64,000 bases of DNA from Ignavibacteria bacterium RIFOXYC2_FULL_35_21 (GTDB lineage: Bacteria; Bacteroidota; Ignavibacteria; Kapaibacteriales; UBA2268), in contig MHAY01000005.1 in the NCBI GenBank assembly GCA_001804705.1, positions 11,433 to 75,432 of the forward strand. Direction: 5' to 3'. The notes beneath the pieces are model-generated. The model saw nothing but the letters and a program-made list of their open reading frames with translations. It ran no database searches and was not told the DNA's origin. This document shows positions 50,763 to 60,870 of the stretch, piece after piece. Position 1 is the first letter of the stretch, and each line of letters begins with the position of its first letter. Both the position numbers and the translations under genes were made by a program.

Positions 50763-51812
50763 ATGATAAAAGTATTAATTGTTGATGATTCTGCTGTCGA
50801 GATGGAGTTCCTGGATTTTATGCTAAGTTCCCATTCCGATATTAAGGTAATAGGAAAGGCTAAAGATGGAGAAGAAGCCATACAATCTCTAGCCCATACT
50901 AAACCTGATGTTATTACAATGGACATACACATGCCCAAAATGGACGGGTATGAAACAACAAAGATAATCATGGAAACAAATCCCGTTCCGATTGTTATTG
51001 TGAGTGCAAGTTCAGGCAAAGAGGTAGATAAAACTTATAAAGCAATCCAGGCTGGTGCATTGGCTTTTGTTGAAAAACCCGTTGGCTTTGACCATCCGGA
51101 TTTTGATAAAGTGAAAAATAATTTGATTGAGACGGTTAAACTGATGTCTGAGGTAAAAGTTGTTAAACGGAGATTTAAGCCCGAAGTAGAAACCAAGCCT
51201 TCTGCCTCTTCGGCAAATAATTTTAAAGGATTGATGCAGAAAGATTATTCGATTATTGTAATCGGAGTATCAACAGGAGGCCCTGCTGTATTACAAGAGT
51301 TACTATCTAAGCTTCCAAAGAACTTCTCGATTCCAATAATTATTGTTCAGCATATAGCATCGGGATTTTTGCCCGGTTTAATAGACTGGTTGTCAGATTG
51401 TACATTATTAAATTATAAAGTACCTGCTCAAAACGAAGTCATTCAACAGGGTTATGTTTATTTTGCTCCCGATGACTACAATATTGGAATAACAAATAAT
51501 AATAGCATTGTTTTATCAAATGATGAGATGGAAAATGGATTAAGGCCATCTGTATCGTATCTGTTTCGCTCAACAGCAAACACTATTGGTGAAAAGGCTA
51601 TTGGTATAATAATGACAGGTATGGGAAAGGATGGTGCTGCAGAACTTAAATTAATGCGCGATAAAGGAGCTTTGACTATAGCTCAGGATAAAGAAAGCTC
51701 AATTGTATTCGGAATGCCCAAAGAGTCTATTAAATTAGATGCCGCACAATATATTTTGCCACCTGAGAGAATTGCGTCCCTTTTAATTCGACTTGACAGA
51801 AATAAAATATGA
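50763..51812 (+). CDS. cheB: CheB methylesterase response regulator (WspF-like)
   Basis: REC plus GVSTGGP, VQHI, RPSV, MTGMGKDGA. Confidence 0.95.
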   Translation: MIKVLIVDDSAVEMEFLDFMLSSHSDIKVIGKAKDGEEAIQSLAHTKPDVITMDIHMPKMDGYETTKIIMETNPVPIVIVSASSGKEVDKTYKAIQAGALAFVEKPVGFDHPDFDKVKNNLIETVKLMSEVKVVKRRFKPEVETKPSASSANNFKGLMQKDYSIIVIGVSTGGPAVLQELLSKLPKNFSIPIIIVQHIASGFLPGLIDWLSDCTLLNYKVPAQNEVIQQGYVYFAPDDYNIGITNNNSIVLSNDEMENGLRPSVSYLFRSTANTIGEKAIGIIMTGMGKDGAAELKLMRDKGALTIAQDKESSIVFGMPKESIKLDAAQYILPPERIASLLIRLDRNKI

Positions 51813-51821
51813 GGTAAAAAA

Positions 51822-54800
51822 ATGAAAACCATAAAAAATGACAAGAAAAAGAAACCGGATATACTGATAGTAGAGGATAGCCCGACACAATCGCTAAAGA
51901 TTAAACAGCTTTTGGAAGACGCTAAATATAAAGTAAGGCTTGCTACGAACGGAAGCGATGCTCTTGCCCAGGTTAAAGTAAAAATACCCGATTTAATTAT
52001 TAGCGATATAATGATGCCTATAATGGATGGGTATAGTATGTCGAAGGCGTTAAAAGCCGAACCCCTATACAAAGATTTACCAATTATTCTGACAACGTCT
52101 CTGTCCGAATCCGAAGATATTTTGGTAAGCCTTGAGTGCGGGGCTGACATGTTTATTTCCAAACCTTATGATGATAATTATCTGCTCCATCAAGTGCAAT
52201 TAATATTATCCAATCAAACAGAAATTCAGGGGACCGAAAGCAGAGACGGGTTCGAAATAAGCTATTTAAATAAAAAATATAAGATTAAGAAAGATTTTTA
52301 TCGGGTTATCAACTTACTATTAAATACGTATGAAACTGCAGTAGGAAAAAACAGGGAATTGATAGATGCGCAGAACGAATTAATCAGGCTTAATAACAAC
52401 CTTGAAGAACTGGTCAACCAGAGAACTGCTGCTTTACTCGATGAAATAGCCGAACGTAAAATTATCGAAAAGGAACTAAGAAAAAGCGAAGAGAAGTACC
52501 GAATGCTTCTGAATACTTTGCAGGAAGGTATTTGGGTGATTGACGGCAACGAAAACACGACCTTTGTTAATGAAATCTTACCGGCAATGCTAGGCTATAC
52601 TTCGAGAGAGATGATAGGAAAGAGTCTTTATTATTTTATGGACGGAACATGGGGAGAAATTGCCAAAAAACAGATGGAAAGGCGTAAGCAGGGAGTTTAC
52701 GAGCAGGTTGAATTTGAATTAATGAAGAAGGACGGCACCCGAATCCAGGCATTATTGGAAGCAGGGCCTATGTATGATGAAAAAGGAAATTACATCGGTG
52801 CAATTGCAGGAGTGATTGAAATTACGGAAAGGAAGCGGCACGAACTGCAACTAAAAAATCTAAATACTGTACTGAAAGCTATAAGAAATGTTAATCAATT
52901 AATTGTAAGAGAGGCTGATAAAGGAGAGTTAATCAGGAAAGCATGCAAAATACTGGTAGAGACAGGAAGTTTTCGTAATGCATTTATAACACTTTTTGAT
53001 GAAAGTAATGATTTTCTTGATTTTGCAGAATGGGGAGATATTCCTCACACAGAAAAAATAATTGAAAATTTAAAGAAAGGAAATTTCCCTCTTTGTTATA
53101 AAGATGCACTTGAAAATCCTAATAAAATAGCTACAAGACATCCAATCAAAGATTGTAAGAATTGTGAATTCATGGAAATTAGTTTACTTAACGGAACAAA
53201 ATCTCTTACATCTGTGCTGACATATAAAGATAAGATTTACGGTTTTATGACAATATCCATTCCTGAGGATTTCATTGAAGTTGAAGAAGGATTTAAGGTC
53301 ATCGAAGAAGTTGTAGGTGACATCTCATACGCCTTATATAACTTTGATATTAAAGATAAGCAGAAAAAGGGGGAAGAATTTATTGCATGGCAGGAAAAAT
53401 ATTTTGAATATTTACTTGAAAATGCTAATGTATGGCTGGATGCTATTGATACTGAGGGAAAGCTGATATTCTGGAACAAGAAAGCTGAAGAAATTACCGG
53501 TTACAAAAGAGATTATATTATTGGTAACCGGAGTAAATGGGATTTGATGTATCCTGATAATGGGAAAGGAAAAGAATTACTCGAATACTGCAAAAACCTT
53601 ATCAAAGAAAATCAGACAATAAAAGATGTTGAAACTGAAATAACGACTGCAACCGGAGAGAAGAGGATGATATCCTGGTCATCTAACCTGATTTATGATG
53701 AGCAAGGAAAAGTCAAGGGGAGTATGTTTGTTGGGGAAGATGTAACGGAAAGAAAAAAAGCTGAAAAAGAAATAATTACTGCTAAAGAGCGAGCTGAGGA
53801 GATGAATCGCCTCAAATCGAGTTTTCTTGCAAACATGAGCCATGAACTTAGAACACCGATGAACGGAATACTTGGGTTTTCAGAGATTTTAAAAGCCGAA
53901 GACCAACTCGATTCAATCAGAGAGATTGCCCTGGTAATTAATAAGAGTGGTAAAAGGTTGATGAACACTTTAAATTCAATTTTGAGTCTATCGAGAATGG
54001 AGGCGGGTGAGTTGAAATCAGATGAGCATGTATTGAACGTGTTGGAATTGGCTAATAATTCGGTTGAATTATTTAAGGTCGAAGCAAAGAAAAAAAGCCT
54101 GGAATTGATACTGGAATCGAAATATGATGCTATATATTTGAGAACAGATGAAAGAATGGTATCTGACATAATAAATAATCTTGTTAATAATGCAATTAAG
54201 TTTACACATCATGGGAGCATTACTGTAAGAGTAGAAACAGAAGATATAGACTTACAGAAATATGTAGTCATTGACATAATTGATACCGGTATTGGGATCG
54301 AAGAAAAATATTTCGATACAATTTTTGACGAGTTCAGGCAGGTTAGCGAAGGATTAAGCAGAAGCTTTGAAGGAACAGGTCTGGGATTGACAATATGCAA
54401 GAGATATGCCGAAATGCTTGGAGGCTCTATCAGTCTCAAAAGCAGGTTAAACGAAGGTTCTACATTCACCTTAAAAATCCCTCTTGTTTATAACAAAGAT
54501 TATGAATTGCAGGTGTCAAGAAAAGTAGAGGAAGGCTTGCCGGTTACAATACAACAGGAGGTTGAATCGGACAATAAGCCTAAAATATTATATGTAGAGG
54601 ATGACGATATATCAATAGTTCTTATCGAAAAGCTATTGAAACACAGATACGAATTGGATTATGCTTCAAATGCCGCCCAGGCTGTGAAGATAGCAAAGGA
54701 GAATCAGTATAAATTAATCTTGATGGATATAAATCTTGGCAAAGGTGAAAGCGGTATGGACGCAACAAGAGAAATAAGGAAACTGGATTATTATAAAAAT

Positions 54801-54938
54801 GTTCCCATTATAGCTGTTACTGCATTCGCAATGTATGGCGACAAAGAGGAATTTATTAATGGCGGATGCTATGATTATTTATCAAAACCATTTGACAATG
54901 AAAGTCTGATAAATCTAATCGAAAAATATATAGGGTAA
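51822..54938 (+). CDS. Hybrid histidine kinase REC-PAS-GAF-PAS-HisKA-HATPase-REC
   Basis: ILIVEDS, two PAS domains, FLANMSHELRTPMNGI, NNAIKFT, GTGLGL, C-terminal REC. Confidence 0.93.
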   Translation: MKTIKNDKKKKPDILIVEDSPTQSLKIKQLLEDAKYKVRLATNGSDALAQVKVKIPDLIISDIMMPIMDGYSMSKALKAEPLYKDLPIILTTSLSESEDILVSLECGADMFISKPYDDNYLLHQVQLILSNQTEIQGTESRDGFEISYLNKKYKIKKDFYRVINLLLNTYETAVGKNRELIDAQNELIRLNNNLEELVNQRTAALLDEIAERKIIEKELRKSEEKYRMLLNTLQEGIWVIDGNENTTFVNEILPAMLGYTSREMIGKSLYYFMDGTWGEIAKKQMERRKQGVYEQVEFELMKKDGTRIQALLEAGPMYDEKGNYIGAIAGVIEITERKRHELQLKNLNTVLKAIRNVNQLIVREADKGELIRKACKILVETGSFRNAFITLFDESNDFLDFAEWGDIPHTEKIIENLKKGNFPLCYKDALENPNKIATRHPIKDCKNCEFMEISLLNGTKSLTSVLTYKDKIYGFMTISIPEDFIEVEEGFKVIEEVVGDISYALYNFDIKDKQKKGEEFIAWQEKYFEYLLENANVWLDAIDTEGKLIFWNKKAEEITGYKRDYIIGNRSKWDLMYPDNGKGKELLEYCKNLIKENQTIKDVETEITTATGEKRMISWSSNLIYDEQGKVKGSMFVGEDVTERKKAEKEIITAKERAEEMNRLKSSFLANMSHELRTPMNGILGFSEILKAEDQLDSIREIALVINKSGKRLMNTLNSILSLSRMEAGELKSDEHVLNVLELANNSVELFKVEAKKKSLELILESKYDAIYLRTDERMVSDIINNLVNNAIKFTHHGSITVRVETEDIDLQKYVVIDIIDTGIGIEEKYFDTIFDEFRQVSEGLSRSFEGTGLGLTICKRYAEMLGGSISLKSRLNEGSTFTLKIPLVYNKDYELQVSRKVEEGLPVTIQQEVESDNKPKILYVEDDDISIVLIEKLLKHRYELDYASNAAQAVKIAKENQYKLILMDINLGKGESGMDATREIRKLDYYKNVPIIAVTAFAMYGDKEEFINGGCYDYLSKPFDNESLINLIEKYIG

Positions 54939-55097
54939 GAGTAAGCGGTATCGCTCGACTTGTCAAATTGAAATTGCCGTTATGTGCTGTGTTTTTTATT
55001 ACATTCACACGTGTTTTACAGTAGTTCTCTCAAGGCTCCTCCGAGCTTTTTTGACAACAAGGTAATGTGTTATGGGTTGTGGATTGTGGTTTTGTAT

Positions 55098-55757
55098 TTA
55101 TCTCAAATACACCACCCTCTTTGTTAAAGCCCTGTCTCTTGCAATGAAGCGAAGCAAATATATACCGCTTGGCTCTAATGACATATCGAATGAGAATTGA
55201 GACCAGCCCCCGACATTCTGCAAATTTGAAATGATTCTACCATCGAGACTGCAAAGCAAGACTGACTGAACATCAATCTCAGCTTTCTTTGTAATCAGGA
55301 GTGTACTGCCCATTTGTTGTGTATAAAAATAGTTATCAGCTTCTTCATAGGTTGTGGGGTTGTTTCCGTTTTCTGTGTAATCTTCGAGAACGACAGAAGC
55401 TAAATTATTATCATAATACAATCGGCAAATATTATTATTAGTTGCTAGGTCATAAATAGTTAAATTAAAATTTTTCATTTCTACAGTACCGCCTAATAGT
55501 GTTGCTGTCATATCATTGGTTAAGGTCTTTGATGATTTGTCCAGAAGATTATGACCTGTAATTGCTCCACTGCATATCCTGATTATACATGCATCATATC
55601 TGTCATCATTATTCAAATCCATAATCCATAAGTTTGATTCATATAAGCATGTGTCATTAACATTTTTGCATTTTATTGAGACAGGCTTCTTAGAATAAAG
55701 TTGGACACAACTTAGAATAATAATAATTATAATAATTATTATATAATTGCTTTTCAT
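55098..55757 (-). CDS. Small secreted protein with T9SS-type C-terminal domain
   Basis: Signal peptide; PSGIYLLRF...TKRVVYLR; paralog of 60871..61536. Confidence 0.75.
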   Translation of the reverse strand: MKSNYIIIIIIIIILSCVQLYSKKPVSIKCKNVNDTCLYESNLWIMDLNNDDRYDACIIRICSGAITGHNLLDKSSKTLTNDMTATLLGGTVEMKNFNLTIYDLATNNNICRLYYDNNLASVVLEDYTENGNNPTTYEEADNYFYTQQMGSTLLITKKAEIDVQSVLLCSLDGRIISNLQNVGGWSQFSFDMSLEPSGIYLLRFIARDRALTKRVVYLR

Positions 55758-55761
55758 TTTT

Positions 55762-57075
55762 CTACTCCAATTTTGTTATTTTTTTACTTATTAATTCATT
55801 ACCAGCACTAATAACAAGTAAGTATGAACCCGTACTTATTTTATTATTCATATCAAATGTAGTCGTATGTTTTCCACTATCAAGAAAACCGAGGCTCTTT
55901 GTATAAATATTATTACCAAGAATATCGTACAAGTCAATATTAACGACAGAAGCAATTTTATTTTCAAATTCAATGTTGAATAATGATGAGAATGGGTTAG
56001 GATAAATCTGAAAATCATCATTTATACCATCATCACTGACACGCACTAAATCCGGGTGTAGTACAAATACTCCATAATTACTACTTACAGTCATCCAAAT
56101 ATTACCAGTGCTATCTAATGCTAAATTATCAATGTAATGCCCATCATAATAAGCCCATACTTGCTTGTAAAATTTTGTAAAAGTCTTCCCATCGAATTTT
56201 ATCAATCCCGAATATTCAGTACCAATCCAAAGATTATTTTTTTTATCTAATAATAGAGAGTAAATTCTATTTTCCTGAAGTTCTGAATTTGAAGTATCAT
56301 ATTTAGTCCAGGTTGTTCCATCGTAATAATAAACACCATTGGATGTTCCAATCCATATATTACCTTTATCATCAGGAGCAAATGAAGAAATATATCTTTC
56401 ATAAAAACCTTTAGAAGAATCTATCTTTTCCAATACACCTTCATTACTATTTTTAAATAATCCATTATTTGTTCCTATCCATAAATTATTGTTTGCATCA
56501 AAAGCCATCCCGTTAATATAATTTGCTTTATTTGTTGTGTCAAATCTGATTACATGCCACAATGAATCATAATAACCAATAAAATTGCTTTTGGGGGGCA
56601 TGCCTTTTTTAAACATTCCTGCCCACATTTTATTATTATTATCAAACACAATAGGCATTAATAAATTGGTAGAAGAATCTAAGCCAATTGAATCAATTGT
56701 TACCCATAATAGACCATCAAATTTAGCAGAACCATTGGAAGTAAAACTAACATAAATATTTCCTAATTTGTCTGTTGTGATAAATGGGACAGCATTTTCC
56801 TTGAAATTTTCAGTTTTTTTATTAATATTTTCCCATTTAATTCCATCATAAACTGCCAAACCGCCAGACTCATTATATGGAAATGTACTAATGTAAACCT
56901 TTCCATTTGTTGAAACAGTAATTCCAGTCGCTAAATCTGATGGCAAAGCATTCCCAAAATTATAAACTGTCCAAATGTTATCTTGTGCTGAAAGTGAAAT
57001 TGAAAATATTATTAACGATGATATTATGCTTAATAAATAAGTTAATAATGTCAATGTGAATTCTTTTCTTAACAT
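55762..57075 (-). CDS. Beta-propeller (two-component regulator propeller-like) T9SS cargo protein
   Basis: Repeated D..GN.WIGT..G; IYPNPF...GSYLLVI. Confidence 0.8.
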   Translation of the reverse strand: MLRKEFTLTLLTYLLSIISSLIIFSISLSAQDNIWTVYNFGNALPSDLATGITVSTNGKVYISTFPYNESGGLAVYDGIKWENINKKTENFKENAVPFITTDKLGNIYVSFTSNGSAKFDGLLWVTIDSIGLDSSTNLLMPIVFDNNNKMWAGMFKKGMPPKSNFIGYYDSLWHVIRFDTTNKANYINGMAFDANNNLWIGTNNGLFKNSNEGVLEKIDSSKGFYERYISSFAPDDKGNIWIGTSNGVYYYDGTTWTKYDTSNSELQENRIYSLLLDKKNNLWIGTEYSGLIKFDGKTFTKFYKQVWAYYDGHYIDNLALDSTGNIWMTVSSNYGVFVLHPDLVRVSDDGINDDFQIYPNPFSSLFNIEFENKIASVVNIDLYDILGNNIYTKSLGFLDSGKHTTTFDMNNKISTGSYLLVISAGNELISKKITKLE

Positions 57076-57110
57076 AGCAATACCTTTATTTTATTATTAA
57101 TTAATATAAT

Positions 57111-58586
57111 CTAAATTTTCACAAAACGAACAACTCTATCCGCTATCTTTACAAAATACACGCCTGAACTCAGTCTGCTGACATCTATTCTATCTTTGTA
57201 TTCTGATTCGTAAACTTTAATACCAAGTGCGGAAAAGATTTCGACTTTATAAAATGTATTGCTTGATATTATATTCAAATAATCGGATGATGGATTTGGA
57301 TTAATAATCAATTCAAAGTTATCTAGATTCTTATCTGGAACATTTGTGAGAGTTGTGTCTTTGAATTTTGCAATATAAAATTTATAAATGTCTTTGTAGC
57401 CAATACCAATAAAATTATCGCTATCGATGAAGTGAAGATGTCTTATACCGCTTTTAGTGAACTGATTATATTCTTGAAATTCAAAATCGGATATAAAATC
57501 TAAATCTCTATTAACCTGATAAAGAAGAATTTTATGCTTATAATTATAAAATCCTCCGGAAGTATCTGTTATGGTATAACCATTAGCAATAATGTTACCT
57601 TTTGGTGTCTTAAGCAATCCAAAAAAGAAAACACCAGAATTCTTTTTTGGTATATCAACTTTTTTTATTATCTCGCCTGTGTCATTAATTTTAACAAAAA
57701 TATATCTTGCATTACTAATTTTTTGCCCAATTATTATATATTCTCTATTATCCATTTGCACAATTCCTTTTGGATTAAAGGGTTCGTCATTCACAGGAAC
57801 TTCAATTTTTTTGGTTATATTCCCATCCTTATCAACTTCTATAATTTGTATTCTGAAATCATTATTATCAATAAATTTGAATGATAGGATCAGAATGTTA
57901 TTATCATTTGTTATCTTTAAATCAGAAAAATAATATTTATCATTATTACCAAGTGTATCTATTCCTTTTCTCCAAATTAATTTACCAAGTGAATCATAGC
58001 AGGAAATTAGTAAATGATTATTTTTAATAAATGTTACGCTATCAATTTTGATGTTTTCTTTCAAAGTAGCATTGAAGAATTTGTTATTAATTGAAATCGT
58101 ATTATTATTATTTGCATTTGGAGTAGTATTTATTTTAAAAGAAACTGAATCATAGAATTTATCATTATAAATATCGTAAGGGTATTCAATGCCTGTAGAA
58201 TCTCCGTTTTTTAATATATTAAATATAAAAGGAATTGAATTTTGATATGAATCATAATTATAATTCGTTGCACATAACATTTTATATCCGTTTTCTGATT
58301 GGTACAAAGAAACTGGGAGTAACATATTACCGGTAAAATATTTCTTAAATGATAGCAAATTACCACTCGTTTCATATTTGATAAAGCCGGCATTCATAAA
58401 TGGAACAATTCCTGGATCTAAAGCTGTAATAATATTACCATCTGAATCAATCATTGTTGGTAAGAATGATAATGCTAAAGGCTCATTTACAAGGTCATAT
58501 TCTCGTTCCCATATAATAGATTGAGAATAGCAAACGGATGTAATTAATATAAAAAGAAAAATTTTAAATGGCATAATTTGCTCCAA
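57111..58586 (-). CDS. Beta-propeller-like T9SS cargo protein
   Basis: Signal peptide, D..G...W repeats, INPNPSSD...LSSGVYFVKI...FVKI. Confidence 0.78.
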   Translation of the reverse strand: MEQIMPFKIFLFILITSVCYSQSIIWEREYDLVNEPLALSFLPTMIDSDGNIITALDPGIVPFMNAGFIKYETSGNLLSFKKYFTGNMLLPVSLYQSENGYKMLCATNYNYDSYQNSIPFIFNILKNGDSTGIEYPYDIYNDKFYDSVSFKINTTPNANNNNTISINNKFFNATLKENIKIDSVTFIKNNHLLISCYDSLGKLIWRKGIDTLGNNDKYYFSDLKITNDNNILILSFKFIDNNDFRIQIIEVDKDGNITKKIEVPVNDEPFNPKGIVQMDNREYIIIGQKISNARYIFVKINDTGEIIKKVDIPKKNSGVFFFGLLKTPKGNIIANGYTITDTSGGFYNYKHKILLYQVNRDLDFISDFEFQEYNQFTKSGIRHLHFIDSDNFIGIGYKDIYKFYIAKFKDTTLTNVPDKNLDNFELIINPNPSSDYLNIISSNTFYKVEIFSALGIKVYESEYKDRIDVSRLSSGVYFVKIADRVVRFVKI

Positions 58587-58672
58587 ACCTTAATTAATTT
58601 AATCATATTATTTTTTAGATAAGGGAGTATGATTTATATTAATCATTCCCCCTAATTTTTTTACAATTCTAA

Positions 58673-59395
58673 TTAATTGTCAATATAACAACTAAAACCA
58701 CAAGGAGAAGGTGGCCCAATGAGCCATTCAGGTCCATAACCCTCGAAGGGATTGTATAAAGGTGATTTATTTCTGCAATCCCCTTCAGTGACATATTGAG
58801 TAGTAGGTTTACCAATCAATTCAGGACTATTTGTATTCCTATTCCAACACCATATCGCTTCTGTAACACAACAACCATTTTCTTCACAAGGAGTATATTT
58901 CAAATGAATCCAACTATATTGTTCTCCTGGGCCAGGCAGTTTCATTGCCCATCTCCAGGAATTACAGCCTCCAGGAGTTATAGTTTTACATGTATATGTG
59001 TTTGGGCAAATATAATCATTAGGATGTTGAAAGTGATAAGCAGTAAAATAATCCCTCGATATTTGTTCAAAAGCACTTCTCCACATTATTGCTAAATTTC
59101 TCCCATCTGCATAATTGCCAAAAGGAACAAGAAAATAATAAACTGCTTCACATTCTGGAGTCCAGAAAAAAGATATCGTACTTAAACTAAAATATGTAAT
59201 ACCATCACAAACCATATAATCCCATTCAATTTCAATATCGCAACCTGGGAAATTTGGGTCATTATATGTAGTATTACCACCTGTATGCCAATAGTCACAA
59301 TTTGTTCCGGTAATATCGCAAGGGTCCTGTGCTTTTACCTGTCCAATAATTGCAAACAATGCAATCATAACTGTTAATAATAAAAATTTTTTCAT
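58673..59395 (-). CDS. Cys-rich secreted hypothetical protein
   Basis: Signal peptide MKKFLL...VKA-Q; 15 Cys in the mature part, including PCEENGCC. Confidence 0.75.
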   Translation of the reverse strand: MKKFLLLTVMIALFAIIGQVKAQDPCDITGTNCDYWHTGGNTTYNDPNFPGCDIEIEWDYMVCDGITYFSLSTISFFWTPECEAVYYFLVPFGNYADGRNLAIMWRSAFEQISRDYFTAYHFQHPNDYICPNTYTCKTITPGGCNSWRWAMKLPGPGEQYSWIHLKYTPCEENGCCVTEAIWCWNRNTNSPELIGKPTTQYVTEGDCRNKSPLYNPFEGYGPEWLIGPPSPCGFSCYIDN

Positions 59396-59508
59396 AAAAC
59401 ACCTTAAAATTGTTATTAAAGAGAAAAATTAATATTATTGTCTTAATTTTGCTCTTATCCGCATTAAAGGTACAAACTGTAAGTGCGGATAAGAGACTCC
59501 GTGCTCAG

Positions 59509-59539
59509 CCAGTGGGAGCAATCCCACTGGTTTTATTTT
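59509..59539 (+). terminator. Plus-strand intrinsic-terminator-like hairpin
   Basis: CCAGTGGGA-GCAA-TCCCACTGG then TTTTATTTT. Confidence 0.65.
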
Positions 59540-59788
59540 ATCTGCTAATGCTCGTCAGTTGACATGTTTCGCTGATTATCTTGCTGTAAATTGAATGTTG
59601 CATATACCTCCTTTTTTTTTGTTTAATAAATATATTAATTTTTATATGTCTCATTTCGCAGTGCTGTCCTTGCTTTTCTGGTTATGCTATTATTTATAAT
59701 TTTAATAATCCAACTCCTCAATCGGAATTTACTGTTTTTATCAATACCAGTCAATAGTGACAAAATCTACTGACAATTTCTACTGACA

Positions 59789-60046
59789 TTATCTCTCCCA
59801 AATTTTTTCTAAATAACTTTTGTACCGGGTTTGATTCTTATCATCATTCTGCAATTGTGTCTTACATTCGTATGCACTTACACCTGTACATCTTTTGAAT
59901 GCACGCCTAAATGTTCTTATGTTTGAATATCCTGCTTTCGAGGATATTCTATTTATTGATATGTAATCTCCCTTCAATTGTGCTAAAACAAACTCCATAC
60001 GTAGATTTTCTAAAATTTTAGAAGGGCACAAATTCTTTGGGTACAT
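59789..60046 (-). CDS. Stand-alone or truncated AraC-type HTH protein
   Basis: SINRISSKAGYSNIRTFRRAFKRCTGVSAYE. Confidence 0.75.
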   Translation of the reverse strand: MYPKNLCPSKILENLRMEFVLAQLKGDYISINRISSKAGYSNIRTFRRAFKRCTGVSAYECKTQLQNDDKNQTRYKSYLEKIWER

Positions 60047-60150
60047 GAAAATTCTGCAAATATGATATTATATTATAATTTTCCCGGTACATAAATATCC
60101 TTAATAATTTATTACACTATTTTTTTTCAAATCTTAATTCATCATCATTT

Positions 60151-60507
60151 TTATTTCCTCGTTAATACATTACCATCATACTTGAAAAATTTATTTAAGA
60201 CCGATGCTTTATAAGAATTCAGGATGTCTTCAATGTCCTTGATTGTGTGTGCATCCAGGATTTGCACTATGTAGCTGTCCAGCATAACGAGGGTCTCCTC
60301 CGAAACAGCAACGGTTCTGTTTTTTACATCCTGATTTAATATTTCAAAAGCATAGCCTGTGGCAATTACCATATCATGGAAATGCCTGTCGTTGAATAAA
60401 TCGTTACTTGCCAAACAGGCAGGGTCTCCGCCTCTTTGAATAGCTCTGCCTTTATTATGCTTAAAGCCGAAAGCTATGCGAATAAAAAATTCCCAATCTA
60501 ATGTCAT
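60151..60507 (-). CDS. Hypothetical protein
   Basis: 118-aa ORF with GGAG SD, co-oriented with neighbours. Confidence 0.55.
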   Translation of the reverse strand: MTLDWEFFIRIAFGFKHNKGRAIQRGGDPACLASNDLFNDRHFHDMVIATGYAFEILNQDVKNRTVAVSEETLVMLDSYIVQILDAHTIKDIEDILNSYKASVLNKFFKYDGNVLTRK

Positions 60508-60529
60508 CTATACTCCATTATAATATTAG

Positions 60530-60790
60530 TTAGTTGATAACAGCTATTGCATTTTTAAGCTTTTTATATAATTCCTTTCCCTTGTCAGTAAAGTCCAGGT
60601 AATGATATTCAACAATTTGTTCTTCGGTGAAATTTTTTCCATTGATAATGATGTAACCGGCTTTTTCGAGCTGAAGCAAAAATTTTGAATTTAATATTTT
60701 ATTTAACCCCGGCTCAAAAAACAATCCCCAGCCTTTTGTCTTAGCGATTTTATCGAGAATAATATATAAAAAAATGTCCTGTTTGTTCAT
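60530..60790 (-). CDS. Hypothetical protein, possibly winged-helix
   Basis: LLQLEKAGYI...FTDKGKELY pattern; GAGG SD. Confidence 0.55.
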   Translation of the reverse strand: MNKQDIFLYIILDKIAKTKGWGLFFEPGLNKILNSKFLLQLEKAGYIIINGKNFTEEQIVEYHYLDFTDKGKELYKKLKNAIAVIN

Positions 60791-60870
60791 ATTTATAACT
60801 TCCTCATTATTTAATAAACCTCAACACAAAACTTAAAACACAACACTCAAAATTCAACATTTTATTAGGC

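Noticed and set aside
47061..54469. Long antisense ORFs within the MCP, CheA and kinase genes
   Set aside because: Shadow frames of strongly supported plus-strand genes, with no recognisable motifs.
54945..55085. GCCGTTATGTGC resembling an attC right end
   Set aside because: No matching inverse core (RYYYAAC) with a pairing stem found upstream; single weak match.
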